Shown piece after piece: positions 49,501 to 58,206 of a stretch of DNA of 64,000 bases (its first letter is position 1; every line of letters begins with the position of its first letter). The stretch is from an uncultured virus (IMG/VR IMGVR_UViG_3300032280_000373) (taxonomy: Duplodnaviria > Heunggongvirae > Uroviricota > Caudoviricetes), in IMG/VR virus record IMGVR_UViG_3300032280_000373. One strand, given 5' to 3'. Made by a program: the position numbers and the translations under genes. The notes under the pieces are model-generated. The model was not told where the DNA came from. It did no database searches and saw nothing but the letters and a program-made list of their open reading frames with translations.

Positions 49501-52500
49501 GTCCTTTCGTACTCCATTGGTCAATAGAACAAGCGAATCGCGCAGGTTTTTTTGACCACGTTTTTGTATTACTGAGTCGTTTGATTGTTGTGACTTGTTA
49601 AATTCTTCTTGGATCTTTTCAAGCTTGGCTACGGCTGCGCCATATTGCTTTTCATTAAGATCGTTTTTGTAAAACTCGATTTCGTTTTTAGCGTCCGCAA
49701 TCGAAGCTTCAGGATTGAACATACCGAGCATCGCAGATTCTATGCCGTCGAGAGTATAGATAATTGTGTTAGCCGTTTCCGCATCGCGGGAAACTGTGAT
49801 ACCATATCCGCGTCCGTCAGAGTTGTCCCCGTTCAAAAGATTCTCGTACAAATCATTGTCGATATATCCGAGTTCACGCGCCAACCTAATTTGCTTGGTG
49901 ATTTCTTTAACTTGAGCGTCGGTAACTGCGTCGCCCTTCCGGAACTTATTTGTAATTTTTGGTTGTGCTGGGACCGGAAGATTTCCAGCGGCTTGTCTTG
50001 CCTGATACTCGGCCTTGACTACCTTTTGAAACTCAGCAAACAACTTAGCCCCGCGGCGTTTTATAGTCTGTTCTGACATCCCGGCGGCAGCGGCTGCGCT
50101 CTTTAAATTGCGCATTCCAACAGCCCATTCAAATGAAACGGCATCGATTCCGTTTTTAAGAGATGCTCGGAAAGGTATCTTTAATTCTTCTACAATGAGC
50201 TTTGCTGACTGCTTATACTCTGCATTCTTTGTCTGCTCACCCAAAGTTTCAGCAACCTGATCTTCTAATGGTGCTTCATCTACAGTCTCTTCTTGGGTAA
50301 CTTCGTCTCCACTGGCGGTAGATTGTTCGCTTTGCCCCTCAATAAACTGTACCGCTCCTCCACCAACTCCAGCCCGTAAACGAGGGATAGCTAACTCAAA
50401 GAAATCACCGAGCTCAAATTTAAATATTGTACTTAAAGTAACCTTTTTATTTTGTCGCATCAAGTCTTGGGCATTAGCAACAATTGCAGATCTGATTTGG
50501 TCTCCTGCGTCAAAACCTTTATAGTTTTTAAACCGAGGGCTATTATTGAAATAGTCTTGTTGCCTGTTGCTGTAGGCTATGATGACTTCATTAGGCGTCA
50601 TCAGAAAATCACCCGTCTCACTTATGGCACCGAGATCTTCAAGGAGGGTGAAAGTATTTGCGTTATTGAGGTCAAACACTTCACCCAATCCAATTGTGTT
50701 GTCTTCTAAAGGATGAGGCTTGGAGTTTGCCAACCTCACTTGGACGACACCGCCGGGTTTGTTGGATGCTAGGATGGCTTCACCGCGCTCAATCAACTTG
50801 CCGTTTCCGTATTTCTCTCTGGCATTCTTTTCCTGTTCGTCAGCCACCTGATCGTTTTCAGCTGCTACCCTGGCTTTTTCTTTTTGTTTTAAACCTTCTG
50901 CCTGCGTGTTTACCCGTTCCAATTCGTTTTGTTTGGCGACCCGATCTGGCCCGGGAGGAAGTTTATCAATCTCCTCCTGCAATTTAACGGCCTGTTGTTT
51001 ATTGTTATAAACATCTTCTCTTAACTTTTTACGGAAAGCTTTCTGTTCAGTGGCTTTTTGCTGGTTTTTCTCCGCAAGTCTTTCTTCTTCTGTGCGTTTG
51101 TTTTCTGGGAATTGCTCTTCGAGTTCGTCAAGCTCTTTAAGATTTTTGGCCTGATAAACAATATCATACATCTTGTCCAATTCTTCTTGAGAGTAATCCC
51201 CTGAGTTCTCACGTTTCTCAAGAAACTGGTCTTTCTGTTGTGGGATTACTTCATATGGGTCAGGGTCTCCATACCAAACTTCATCAGAATCTCTGACTCC
51301 TAGAACCGTATAAACACCGGTGGCTTTATCTTCTATTGCGTAGATATCTTTATTGCCATTCGCCCACTCCTTAAATCGGTTGGTATCTTCGCTTGGTTTA
51401 AACCTCAATGGGGTTTCGTCTTGGCCCATCGAATCAATCAGGGATTGGAGCAAGGTTTGAGTCTCCTCTTCGTTAGCGGGAATGTCTTTAAATTCGAGAG
51501 TTCCAGGCTCGACGTCCACGTACCGGGGCTTGGTCGGTTGAGTCTTGGGAGCTTCGGTTACTGGAGTGACGGGTTGTCCACTCGTAATGGCGGGGGCAAT
51601 AGTTTCAGAAGGGGTGATAGGAGCGGCGGGTTCTTGGACTTTCTGGGAAAGCTCGTCGGCGATACGTTCGCCTTCAGCGGTAACGTCCATGCCAGCCTGT
51701 TCTGTTTGTTCGGTCAGTACTTTATGAGTTTCAGGAGAAATTGAGGGATCAACTTTATCCAAAGCAGATTTAAGGCGAACACCTTTCTCAACACTAGTGA
51801 ACAACTGAGTAAACTGCGGTTCAATGTTATTCCGCAAGGATTCAATCTGAGCCTGTTTGGTTTCGTCGTCCAAACCAGGATCGTTGACCACTGCTGAAAT
51901 CTGATCGCGGTAGGCAACTGCTTTGTATTGGTTAACCAGATATTGAATCTGTCTGTAATTGGATCGGAATCCAAGGGCTCGCATCCCAAGTCCTGCGCCA
52001 CCGGCCGCGGCAAGAGACTCGGCCATCCGGGCAACAGGATCTTGAGCCGTCAGGATGTTCTGAATAACATCGGAAGTAAACTCGCCGGCGGTCATGGCGC
52101 CGGCTCCCAAAGCGTAGGTTGCCAAAGCCCCGGCCAAAGGTTTGTTCTTTAATACTGACCCTTTCGCAATATCGGAAGCGAACGCGCGCATAGCTCCGTC
52201 TTCGATGCCCCTTTGGCTCAACTCTTCCGCCAAGGCCATGGAAATACCCTCTGATCCGATAGATGCCAATCGGTCGTACCAAGGGAGATCGCGAGGATCA
52301 TTCTTCAATGATTGGCTTGCCCCCAGTGTTCCGTAGAGAGCGGCTCTAGATAGGGGGGTAGCTGTCTTTTCAGTTCCAGCTGCGGTCTTGGCCAAGCTCT
52401 GCGCCAGTTCTGTTCCGAACAACTCTTCAGCTCCGGCAACGGCTTCAGCTTTACCAACAGCGCCAAATGCCTTGGCCGCAAGCCCGCCACCCAAAGCAAA

Positions 52501-53424
52501 CTGGGACACGGAACCAAGAACAGAACCCGCAAGTGTTGACCCGAGATAGTCTTTTCCGACAACCTCGTTAATCGCTTCGGTCAACGCTGCTCGTTTTGCA
52601 ACCTGATCAAAATCTTTTTCGTCAATTACGATGTCGCCTACTCCAATGAAAGGAAGGAAAGTATCACCAGTATTTACTGCAAAGTTACGAAGTCCTGCTG
52701 TCCCGAGGGCTTTACGACGATCGCTTTTAAGATCTTTAAGATATTCCTGCGCTCGACCAATCGTCATCCCCGCGGTAAATAGAGTTCCTTTCTTGGCCCC
52801 AAACTCAATCAAATCCCCGTCCTCTTGCGCTATAGTCTTTCCTTCGTCGAGTTCTTTTTTATAGTCTGCGCCACGAGACAGGGATCTTTGAATATCATCT
52901 GGGTCAGTCAATTCCCCTATGTATTGGCGAGCTGTAAAAGCATGCTGGAGAGATTCAACATCTGCCTCATCGAGACCGGCTGCGTATTGTAAGCCAGCCT
53001 GAGTTTGGCGCCCGATAGCCTTTGCAGTACCCCAAAGCTGTTGCAGTACACTAGGGTCTTTGCCAGTGTCCCGCGCAATCTGACCCATCTCCTTGGCATA
53101 ATCCAAGGTAACTTGATTGCTTTGCTTTTTGAAATACTCTGCGCTATCCGGGGAACGATTAAAGAAAATGCCAGGGTTTAAAAGCCCCGCACCTTTAGTA
53201 GTGGGGTTATCGCGAGCCTGCTGGAATACTTTACCAAGATCCCCCATATTGGGGATCTGAGATAGATTGCCTCCAACTGCTCCGTCATCCGGATTAAACG
53301 TGAGCTCCTGCTCGGGAGGCGTAAGCTCCAGAACTTCATCCTGTATTAGCTCCGGCTGGTTGATCTGCTCGGGGGCTAAAGAGGATGGTTCTTCGATTGG
53401 GTTAAGCGGATCGATGGGGGGCAT
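40561..53424 (-). CDS. Giant polyvalent internal virion protein (4287 aa) with SF2 helicase and ART-like domains
   Basis: ANGPGTGKS, FDEH, SGTP, GGVGIELDD, QGIYRAWR (strawberry-notch/DarB-like helicase); VWHGT...HFG...GYDGVVY.N (ART-like); AEEIIH (zincin-like); lies at the ejection-protein position. Confidence 0.8.
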   Translation of the reverse strand: MPPIDPLNPIEEPSSLAPEQINQPELIQDEVLELTPPEQELTFNPDDGAVGGNLSQIPNMGDLGKVFQQARDNPTTKGAGLLNPGIFFNRSPDSAEYFKKQSNQVTLDYAKEMGQIARDTGKDPSVLQQLWGTAKAIGRQTQAGLQYAAGLDEADVESLQHAFTARQYIGELTDPDDIQRSLSRGADYKKELDEGKTIAQEDGDLIEFGAKKGTLFTAGMTIGRAQEYLKDLKSDRRKALGTAGLRNFAVNTGDTFLPFIGVGDIVIDEKDFDQVAKRAALTEAINEVVGKDYLGSTLAGSVLGSVSQFALGGGLAAKAFGAVGKAEAVAGAEELFGTELAQSLAKTAAGTEKTATPLSRAALYGTLGASQSLKNDPRDLPWYDRLASIGSEGISMALAEELSQRGIEDGAMRAFASDIAKGSVLKNKPLAGALATYALGAGAMTAGEFTSDVIQNILTAQDPVARMAESLAAAGGAGLGMRALGFRSNYRQIQYLVNQYKAVAYRDQISAVVNDPGLDDETKQAQIESLRNNIEPQFTQLFTSVEKGVRLKSALDKVDPSISPETHKVLTEQTEQAGMDVTAEGERIADELSQKVQEPAAPITPSETIAPAITSGQPVTPVTEAPKTQPTKPRYVDVEPGTLEFKDIPANEEETQTLLQSLIDSMGQDETPLRFKPSEDTNRFKEWANGNKDIYAIEDKATGVYTVLGVRDSDEVWYGDPDPYEVIPQQKDQFLEKRENSGDYSQEELDKMYDIVYQAKNLKELDELEEQFPENKRTEEERLAEKNQQKATEQKAFRKKLREDVYNNKQQAVKLQEEIDKLPPGPDRVAKQNELERVNTQAEGLKQKEKARVAAENDQVADEQEKNAREKYGNGKLIERGEAILASNKPGGVVQVRLANSKPHPLEDNTIGLGEVFDLNNANTFTLLEDLGAISETGDFLMTPNEVIIAYSNRQQDYFNNSPRFKNYKGFDAGDQIRSAIVANAQDLMRQNKKVTLSTIFKFELGDFFELAIPRLRAGVGGGAVQFIEGQSEQSTASGDEVTQEETVDEAPLEDQVAETLGEQTKNAEYKQSAKLIVEELKIPFRASLKNGIDAVSFEWAVGMRNLKSAAAAAGMSEQTIKRRGAKLFAEFQKVVKAEYQARQAAGNLPVPAQPKITNKFRKGDAVTDAQVKEITKQIRLARELGYIDNDLYENLLNGDNSDGRGYGITVSRDAETANTIIYTLDGIESAMLGMFNPEASIADAKNEIEFYKNDLNEKQYGAAVAKLEKIQEEFNKSQQSNDSVIQKRGQKNLRDSLVLLTNGVRKDAKYETAEDEAAKDSDERAVKNLSKRTKGVVSPTVITTETAGTTQPEPSAVTRPEGKQPTQKPAGGDAVVEAGESGQLPKSGGVVGTEAVGVRGKGPALPKKFVFPFGAHSQINPNVRKTISPATLQILFKEQIYDLVSAISAMDESQQRAFLLANGPGTGKSFVLMGAAKHYAEQGKKVIYISSATSFKNIDWLNSRVEGSIATAAEALGVPLVVRGAKEGPGLTELFPGKVVVTTYNYIDDVAKVVRENPDAVVLFDEHQSVRGVHKAQEKGQKEAPLALEISLLADKVLFASGTPFEKPEQLKAYERLGIFDKASFDQVMKGLGQVKAKLGKSNRSTWIADPALSLEELDDRQSKLLKGLSSIGLFSSRSFSLEGGVTVNRVDVPVSEEAKERLDFIRQKYPNPETPGAEINLIISQRRALEEFKVNAACDLIEKEVALGRQVVLYVSYVKDSEINNPVTDEYILGLKGTADLIRKELARRKSAAVVAELHGEAKGPKGQDKQSIDLFNKQNADVLITTLNKGGVGIELDDKFGPANGGRRRSIIMLTPSVTAIDTVQGIYRAWRLDTASPVDVYMFISDTDADQWALDRHSARIRALNATMEAGFDKLDVNNNPINKPTFKPEPTQVEGAKTQTIKVEPAPKAETPASRIENKVTAALQEVYPDGNYNVQFDNEADGTGLAFPGQSDEDDKIVINPEGILAAIEQFNLTEEQANEYIAKILAEEIIHVEDFRNSRARGEDVEQENTRLGRMMSPGLRRLVAELYYIKHGIPINNEAAQKNVNTLMNDPYLVALEYKRILTQLRTFGRTTEISAIGQNRQEAVRAYNLIKTMTADENPGFIEKLLEWLKNFIDTLSGVETKLGTSKAPNAQALRSALEEVRKDLENLVSEISPKEEVFTGESPNALRQPTKLDYGDLRLYRQINNFLEGNLATGILGVMPANDNARTMPITQWINALTGAFNGGLITKEEYMIYKAATEMALRDGKASLYVINNNALKVTEDLIETPLEEGGIVLPAEAFVPFTKSPVSVNRQVDNMKKAGVTVAGIIESLPKPSRDEVQARIDSLEESEPLEQDTSTEAWQLNALKLVIDDIDVLGDDRSGAFPIINVETGEESKEAKAERAQWMKMRKEVLALREKIAAFNDGESPAEQDENAIYKAAVLSQNILLAQKIVDDNLRAEGFNLVGVWHGTSAEAFPAFSTDPKQVFESTSSTKSPQFGAHFGSRFEQAESSGKNVYRAAIKLVNPIRLEDPKNGKWNFDSIAPQLLASKTITQEEYEAIANLRKTGGFRESALQRILIQKGYDGVVYTNNFEGKIADEAAGRTFVPSDSYIVFSNTQIKQADPIVRDSRGTVIDIKQRFPRRAAVGSSPVSLRVTEQEKADYNQAVANNQRELAGRIFEKAALRFARPYPSTNYANTPLAYVGFKADGTDNQMYDQSQYSTEIVVAVKFEGQEAFIDGMKGLNFQHALERARRNWSGAVILPVAIGSADPITFDSNNNPIPLDQRLKPDTRIHTVDLRLMSTPAKPFIRYNLALPGYEVVSGVEKTPNQALVSTINTLYKINKNQPINFEGESYPFEKRKLLYYRIQNSTSYAYVFSKVGPVRGAGASPAGRIEYSKAVNKLADLQANPEIEHYMRNAAEYKQQPKEVLMQKARDFVELHGVEQTVSLLLADNLAIPFSLETAIALQVVSDLNARADEDPDAAEDMANLQIFLTKKYFTEAGRSVELAKVFNIVAGKPTAMNFVINKTLEQAAKHRIEPYLPELNDIDLSLANANGKAVNELLSNPGVKKVIDKLEELTPKTPTSGRVSGLLEALRRANQDQVVVESLQRFKRRLGKVSAASRPDDEIRLNKDAINDLAEALLAHINIVSQVDPEAVDVLFEDFSALRSYYEKMGLTTDEIENYGKAAAISVQEKLTQQVNKLQYPVRTLEESEEKFREVSKQTKAKKKVIVAPTGNTARDYGIAFAKTLANIAANLDKEPVKAQMMTLFKKDFERNIRQEIKRLGGLQEKYERPAPPTAGEKFKGRIANLPFFQRALDQAISTLRTDYTEDQVEALEPLIDGALDFPLTVSDFKAALNSKDNIQSGVSVNIKNLIRQSNGDVVRFGKNFQDAMLKDTNLSDEDTQKVKRYLMGALRETIRLERIRELESIKRRMEKRAEKKTRKIRSALDRLIEATNLGALRDDELFSMIRQSIGLPEITAEVRAEIDKRVKNLARRPEGMLRQQALNDLLGFIKTSAPIAWGDMLVDFQTFNLLASVSTLGVNTYGGTVQVLTDVGLMALTNGVEGLFGNTAAGKAGFNGIARLFQVALPKWMGGEGLAWDAMNVIRKGDLSAAQDMASGDYSTVNMFQAMKQKIDNVRKGKLSIEDAYQEINLPFGLKFSLPLNPFTATGKVVDSLLSPPVWVSQAMAMGDAFNKLGAKKAMEIAEAYRLAGQKYSDPAELDAEAMRLLNYTPEARNMAIAQAEEEAERFNLNPFQKAMRVEEIMEQGRDQAGQQLTDLATQYAKRSTFTNDFEGSIGRVLSGLQTFARTNHWSARTIFKFLKTASSLTNESLNWIPAWSLKRLLVGAGTLTEKGSKFRTEAPTPGTNAYNIQVGKVVLGHAAFAILLAVLRSAGAWGPDREDDPIFMIHYNGPDDPAQAKAFRAAGGRGRSIQIGSFKSGNAKFISWETLPFGMVGFLMPLGIVVEAQRYSKRSDAEALTTAAAAALPMVGFGFLDLAFMNGLKRVFNAAYPQQQSAEGRLKAFSDFVGNLGATTFVPAYATLRDLESTLDGLMQTPSGKPAQVGITSAFLRSIPFATSIPGADKIARPDLTMLGTPIKVPLLRGIPLAKRAFSLGADINSADPEERVFALLAAKRVGIDWSPSSLSDIAVKEVQDKIASGSIAPGQAQRELSNAVFLGKRLSGEEKYDWMQLAGPDMVKVLSNPRIFNLILNTEDPNVIREIVSRVTNPIKKAALMRTQLERMQKQQGLKQ

Positions 53425-53440
53425 AGTTAAAGCTCATGTA

Positions 53441-54991
53441 TTACTCTGACCTGCCCGCAATATTACCAACTCCGGAACCAGTTGTCTCCTTATTTTTTCG
53501 AGAAAGTAAGCCATTGTACCCACCCGTTTGGGCGTAGTAAGTATCGTAATATTGTTTGATGGTCATCGTCTTCCCGGTCTTAGTATCCTTAATTGTGCTG
53601 TTGGGGCTACGGGAAAGAGCGATCTGATCCTGCTGGCTTAAAGTCGAAGTTGGGGTTACAGCGGGAGTCTGTTGAGCAACTTGTGCCTGGGGCCGAACGG
53701 GGGGTGACATCCTCACGTAATTCGAAGGAGCCGCTGGTTGTTTAGTGTTCGAAGTAGTTTTGTTAGCAGGACCCGGAACGGCCGCTGCTCCCTGAACAAG
53801 GAACTGATCGAACATACTCTGGTTAGGAAGTCTCAGCCTGTTTCTAGCAAACCAGTCTTGAACCGCTTTGCGAGAAGCTTTAGTCCTGGCTCCAGTTCTA
53901 GGATTGATTGTTCCGTCGTCGCTAAAATCTGCGGCCAAGGAGGGGGGCGGATCAGACCAAGTCACTCCGCCTTCAACTTGGACAGCTTGATCTGGGTACA
54001 TCTTAACCAAAGCCGCTGCCAAATTATCCATAGCAATTTGATCTTTTTCTGCGGAAGTTAACGCGGCGTTTTTATTATACTGCAAAACAAACTTCTTCAT
54101 CTCAGAGGCGTAGGCTGGGGACATGCTTCGAGTTTCTTCTGGATATTTGGCCTCAATCTTGTCGAACGCAGCTTGCGCATCCCCGAGTTCACCAATCGCT
54201 CCCAACTGGATCACAGATGAAAGAGCGGAATTGTCTTCGTCGGACATTAGTTTTGCGTGAGCTTGGCGGGCATTATTTAGATTTTCTTGGAACATTTTCC
54301 TGGCTACTGGGTCAGTATTGCGGAGTTGATTGTAACTAGCTGACAACCCCGTGAGCGCTGAATCTAACTCAGTAGGAGTCATGGTCTCAAGATTCAACGA
54401 CATCGGAGCGGAGGCGAGCTCGTAAGCCTGGTCTTGCGTATTAAGATTGATGTTTTCTCGCTCCATCGCCCGTTGAGTATTCACGGCTTCTTTAGCCGAC
54501 TTCGCTACTTTTAAATAGCCAGCCGTGTTCTGCATTATTTGGCTCGCTCTTAAGCTAGCCTGCTGAATTTTCTCGGGGTCACCACTTGAGTATGCTGCTT
54601 CAAGTTCACTCTGCATAACGGCGGAGTTCTCCTCCAGCTGTCGTGCGCGGGCGTCCTCTTGGGCTTTGAGTAATTCTTTCTGCTTCTCAAAAGAAAACTT
54701 ACGTTCAGCTAGATCGTTAGCCAAACTCTTTTGATTTAAACCCTGTTGGTATTTTGCCAATTGGTTTTGATATTGGAGATTTTGATTCTCTAATCTGGCT
54801 TGGTCGAGGTCAGCCTGACGAGCTGCGTTTTCTCGGTTGGCGTTTAACTGAGCATAACCCAAACCAACCTGAGCCTGCGCTTGCTGTTGTTGCTGGAACA
54901 ACTGCTGCTTTTTTAAATAGTTCTCACGTAGATCGCCAATCACCCCGCGAACTTGGCTTACGTAATCTGGAGCGTTAGGAGAAAGAGCCAT
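53441..54991 (-). CDS. Putative DNA ejection / internal virion protein
   Basis: Gln/Ala-rich helical protein between tail genes and the giant protein. Confidence 0.6.
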   Translation of the reverse strand: MALSPNAPDYVSQVRGVIGDLRENYLKKQQLFQQQQQAQAQVGLGYAQLNANRENAARQADLDQARLENQNLQYQNQLAKYQQGLNQKSLANDLAERKFSFEKQKELLKAQEDARARQLEENSAVMQSELEAAYSSGDPEKIQQASLRASQIMQNTAGYLKVAKSAKEAVNTQRAMERENINLNTQDQAYELASAPMSLNLETMTPTELDSALTGLSASYNQLRNTDPVARKMFQENLNNARQAHAKLMSDEDNSALSSVIQLGAIGELGDAQAAFDKIEAKYPEETRSMSPAYASEMKKFVLQYNKNAALTSAEKDQIAMDNLAAALVKMYPDQAVQVEGGVTWSDPPPSLAADFSDDGTINPRTGARTKASRKAVQDWFARNRLRLPNQSMFDQFLVQGAAAVPGPANKTTSNTKQPAAPSNYVRMSPPVRPQAQVAQQTPAVTPTSTLSQQDQIALSRSPNSTIKDTKTGKTMTIKQYYDTYYAQTGGYNGLLSRKNKETTGSGVGNIAGRSE

Positions 54992-54994
54992 AAA

Positions 54995-56056
54995 TTATCC
55001 AATAGGATTATACGCGGTGCCAGTCCAATTTCTTGCTGCTGCTGCGTTCATCGCTCCAGCAATTCCACCAACAGGACGACCAGCTAAAGGTCGGCCCTGC
55101 AAGTCTACAGCTTTGCTATCACTCGGCCAATTCCATTCGGATCCAGGAAGACTTGGTCTAGTTGCAGCATAAGTTCCCGGCTGGAATCCAACATACTGAC
55201 CTCTTGAAATATCAAACTGGCCAGGCAATGCCTGACTCTGCCAAGCGTTGAGCGCGTTCTGATTTCTAATCTGACTGTTATACGAAAGCTGGTTTGCGGC
55301 TGTTGAGAATATTTCGTTAACCGAAATTGGGGACATGGCCTGCATCGCTTGTTGAGCAAGTTGCGAAGATTTGGCCAACAAATCTGCCCCAAACTGTTGA
55401 ACTTGCAAGGTACTTAGCCCGAGATCCCTGGAGAGAATGTTGCGGCCAATTCCAGATCGACCACCAAGCCCGGTGCTAAAACCTAACTGCGCGGCCCCGC
55501 GCCCAGCTTGCATTGCCGCGTCTCGAGAAAGCTGCCCCGTCGCCATCGTGGCCCCAAGATTTGAAATGGCTCTTGTTCCTGCCTCTGTTCCCGGAGCGAA
55601 CTGTTTGTATTGTTCGGCGTAAGGCTTGTTGCCTTCCATTGTTCGCTTCCCCATCTCTTCATAATTTAAATTAAGTTCTTCCATCGTCGGTGCTGGCCCA
55701 AGATAGAATTCAATTGGGGTTGGTGCTGCTTGCCCGCCGCCGTACCCACCGCCGGTGCTACTACCGCCTCCGCCAGAGCTTCTCCGTATGCTTCCACCAC
55801 TAATACCGCTAGGATTGTCTCGTTGAGTGGCTGCTGCTCGTGCAGTCGGAATTCCAAAACCTGTGTATGTTTTATTGAAAGCTTCTTGTTGCCCCATCCA
55901 ATCATTCCAACTCTGGCCTGGAGCTCGGGGAATTTGACCGTATGACATACTTCCTGGATTCCTAGATTCTTGTAACGCTCGATCGTATGAGTATTGCTCA
56001 TACGATTTCCCTGAACCCATGAAATTATTTGTCGGTCTATTTGTAATAGTTGCCAT
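54995..56056 (-). CDS. Putative DNA ejection / internal virion protein
   Basis: Gly/Gln-rich, RDLGLS motif; position in the ejection module. Confidence 0.6.
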   Translation of the reverse strand: MATITNRPTNNFMGSGKSYEQYSYDRALQESRNPGSMSYGQIPRAPGQSWNDWMGQQEAFNKTYTGFGIPTARAAATQRDNPSGISGGSIRRSSGGGGSSTGGGYGGGQAAPTPIEFYLGPAPTMEELNLNYEEMGKRTMEGNKPYAEQYKQFAPGTEAGTRAISNLGATMATGQLSRDAAMQAGRGAAQLGFSTGLGGRSGIGRNILSRDLGLSTLQVQQFGADLLAKSSQLAQQAMQAMSPISVNEIFSTAANQLSYNSQIRNQNALNAWQSQALPGQFDISRGQYVGFQPGTYAATRPSLPGSEWNWPSDSKAVDLQGRPLAGRPVGGIAGAMNAAAARNWTGTAYNPIG

Positions 56057-56058
56057 AG

Positions 56059-57282
56059 TTATGCCATGTTGGCGATTTCACCCATCGCGAACATCTCCAT
56101 TTGGACCTGGGGTCTGCCAATGTTAGCTCCTTCAACTTCTTTGAGTTCTTCACGCAAGAGTTCGACAGCCTTTTCTTCGTATTTCATGGCTTCGTCCAGG
56201 TTATTGTTTTCCTCTTTTTCGATGGCTATCGCCATCATCTTTAAAGCTCCAAGGTTGGTCACGATCAAATCGTCGTCATCGGTGACCGCGGGAATAAATT
56301 TCCGCTTTGCCAGTACAGTCACAGTAGCTCCTTGTTCGCTTTCAAAGCCTGGAATTGCATACCGCCTATACTGGGGCAACGTCTCGCTGGGCGCAAGTAT
56401 GGCGATGCAGGACTCCGAACCCGTGGTCGGATCGACTGCATAGACACGGACCCAACCTTTCGTTGCAGTTTTGTTTATGGCATCGATGGATCGAAAGGCG
56501 TTGGCTGTGGTGCGGGGAAGTTCTGTAAAAACTCCAAGTGCCCAAGTGGCTAACCACGGGTAGGCGACATCGGCAACGCCTGAATTAACAATAATTCCTA
56601 ACTCAGGATCTGAAGAAGTAACGGCCCAGTATTGCTCTGCGCTATCGTAAGCAAGAATAGCCCCGGCAAGATTTTTATATGCCGGCTTTGAATTAGTAGT
56701 TGTATACCAAGCATAAACACCATTACCTTCGGCATAAGTTCCAGTTAATCCAGAAACTAACACGCTAGAATTACCCGACCCAGCACTCAAGTTCAACCGC
56801 TCGCCATCAATATAAACATTGTCCTCTTGGGTCTGAACTCGGTTGTTGTAGGAGTCAGACCCGCGGAACAGAATGGTTGAAGTAGAATCTTCAATCAAGT
56901 CGGTGTAAACCCGAATATACTTTTGGGCTTCAATCGAACGAAAGCAAGGAACAAAACCGCGGTCGATCAACCTTTTCCAATCTCCAGCGGGGGCAATGCC
57001 AGGGCCATTAGCCATAAACTCATACCACTGGTTATAAACTTGGGCGGGCACACCACTGTAGTTGTACCCCAGAACAGTTTCAAACTCTCGGGGTAATGTG
57101 ATACAACCACCATAAACGCAAACGGAATAACGCCCGTAAGTTCCGGCGTATAATCCTTTATTTAGCAAACGTTCTTGTGCTTCGTTGGTGCGGGCCAGCA
57201 ACTGCGGGTCAGTCGCGCACATTCCGTTCTGGGTAACGCGGGCCAGTTGTTCTTTAACCGATCCGTAGGTACGACGGATCAT
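56059..57282 (-). CDS. Putative head-tail adaptor / tail tubular protein A-like
   Basis: N-terminal helix NEAQERLL, ITLPREFE, C-terminal helices A.KYEEKAV..L; position in the tail module. Confidence 0.6.
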   Translation of the reverse strand: MIRRTYGSVKEQLARVTQNGMCATDPQLLARTNEAQERLLNKGLYAGTYGRYSVCVYGGCITLPREFETVLGYNYSGVPAQVYNQWYEFMANGPGIAPAGDWKRLIDRGFVPCFRSIEAQKYIRVYTDLIEDSTSTILFRGSDSYNNRVQTQEDNVYIDGERLNLSAGSGNSSVLVSGLTGTYAEGNGVYAWYTTTNSKPAYKNLAGAILAYDSAEQYWAVTSSDPELGIIVNSGVADVAYPWLATWALGVFTELPRTTANAFRSIDAINKTATKGWVRVYAVDPTTGSESCIAILAPSETLPQYRRYAIPGFESEQGATVTVLAKRKFIPAVTDDDDLIVTNLGALKMMAIAIEKEENNNLDEAMKYEEKAVELLREELKEVEGANIGRPQVQMEMFAMGEIANMA

Positions 57283-57704
57283 TCGTAATACCCCACGTAG
57301 ACTTTATATTGTGCGTTGGCTGGGGCAACCGGAAGTGTAGGAGTTAATTTACTAATCCCGTCGACAATATAGGTTGTATTCCCGATACCCCACGGCGAAG
57401 AAATAGTTGCGTTGACATCGGTCAAAACAATGTCCCCAAAAGAAAACGGGGTAAACTCTTTCCATGCTCCTTCAGAAAAAACTTTTACCGCCCGCGGAAA
57501 TCCACTAACCCCCGGGTCTAATTGAAACCAAATTTTATCATTGTCTTGAGATGCGGGGGTATTAGATGAGATAATAATGGAGCTTAAATTTGACCCTGCA
57601 TTTACCGATAAATAAGATTGCAATAACTGTAATAGACCTTGTAGGTTAGCAGGATATCCAGTATTTTGCGGAACGGTACCTGCGGATATCGTGTAAACAG
57701 CCAT
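57279..57704 (-). CDS. Virion protein, paralog of 57746-58198
   Basis: Shares YPA, P.S.D.DK.WF, GAW.EF, NATIS.PWG and YK.YVGY with its neighbour. Confidence 0.7.
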   Translation of the reverse strand: MAVYTISAGTVPQNTGYPANLQGLLQLLQSYLSVNAGSNLSSIIISSNTPASQDNDKIWFQLDPGVSGFPRAVKVFSEGAWKEFTPFSFGDIVLTDVNATISSPWGIGNTTYIVDGISKLTPTLPVAPANAQYKVYVGYYE

Positions 57705-57745
57705 GGCTTAATTAGATTAACGTCTCGGTATTTTGTGTCAACTAT

Positions 57746-58198
57746 TTAGGGGGTTTTGGAAGACCAGTATCCAACGTAGGTTTTATACTTCAATCCTTCT
57801 GGGGGAAGGGGGGCAGCAGTAGGGGTATAGTTATTTAACCCCAAGCCTGAAAAGCTATAGGTGTAACCGTATTCACCCCATGGGGCGGATATAGTCGCGT
57901 TTTCAATAACCAATATTCTATCTCCTTGGAATAATTGAGCAAACTCTTGCCAGGCTCCGTTTACATAAAAACGAGCTACTTTTGGGGTGCCATAATTTGT
58001 TGCGGGTGCCCCCGTTTCAAACCATAGCTTGTCGGTATCGCCAGATGCCGGGGGTGTTTGACTTATAACATAAGCCTGTTCATTCCCATCTACCACAAGA
58101 GTAGAGGCGTCCGCAACAAAATTTACAAGTGTTTGAACCTGTGCTGGATAGCAAGTTTCTACAGGGACAGAAGTAACAGTAATTGGGTATTCAGCCAT
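57746..58198 (-). CDS. Virion protein, paralog of 57279-57704
   Basis: Same shared motifs as above. Confidence 0.7.
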   Translation of the reverse strand: MAEYPITVTSVPVETCYPAQVQTLVNFVADASTLVVDGNEQAYVISQTPPASGDTDKLWFETGAPATNYGTPKVARFYVNGAWQEFAQLFQGDRILVIENATISAPWGEYGYTYSFSGLGLNNYTPTAAPLPPEGLKYKTYVGYWSSKTP

Positions 58199-58206
58199 AC
58201 ACTAAT

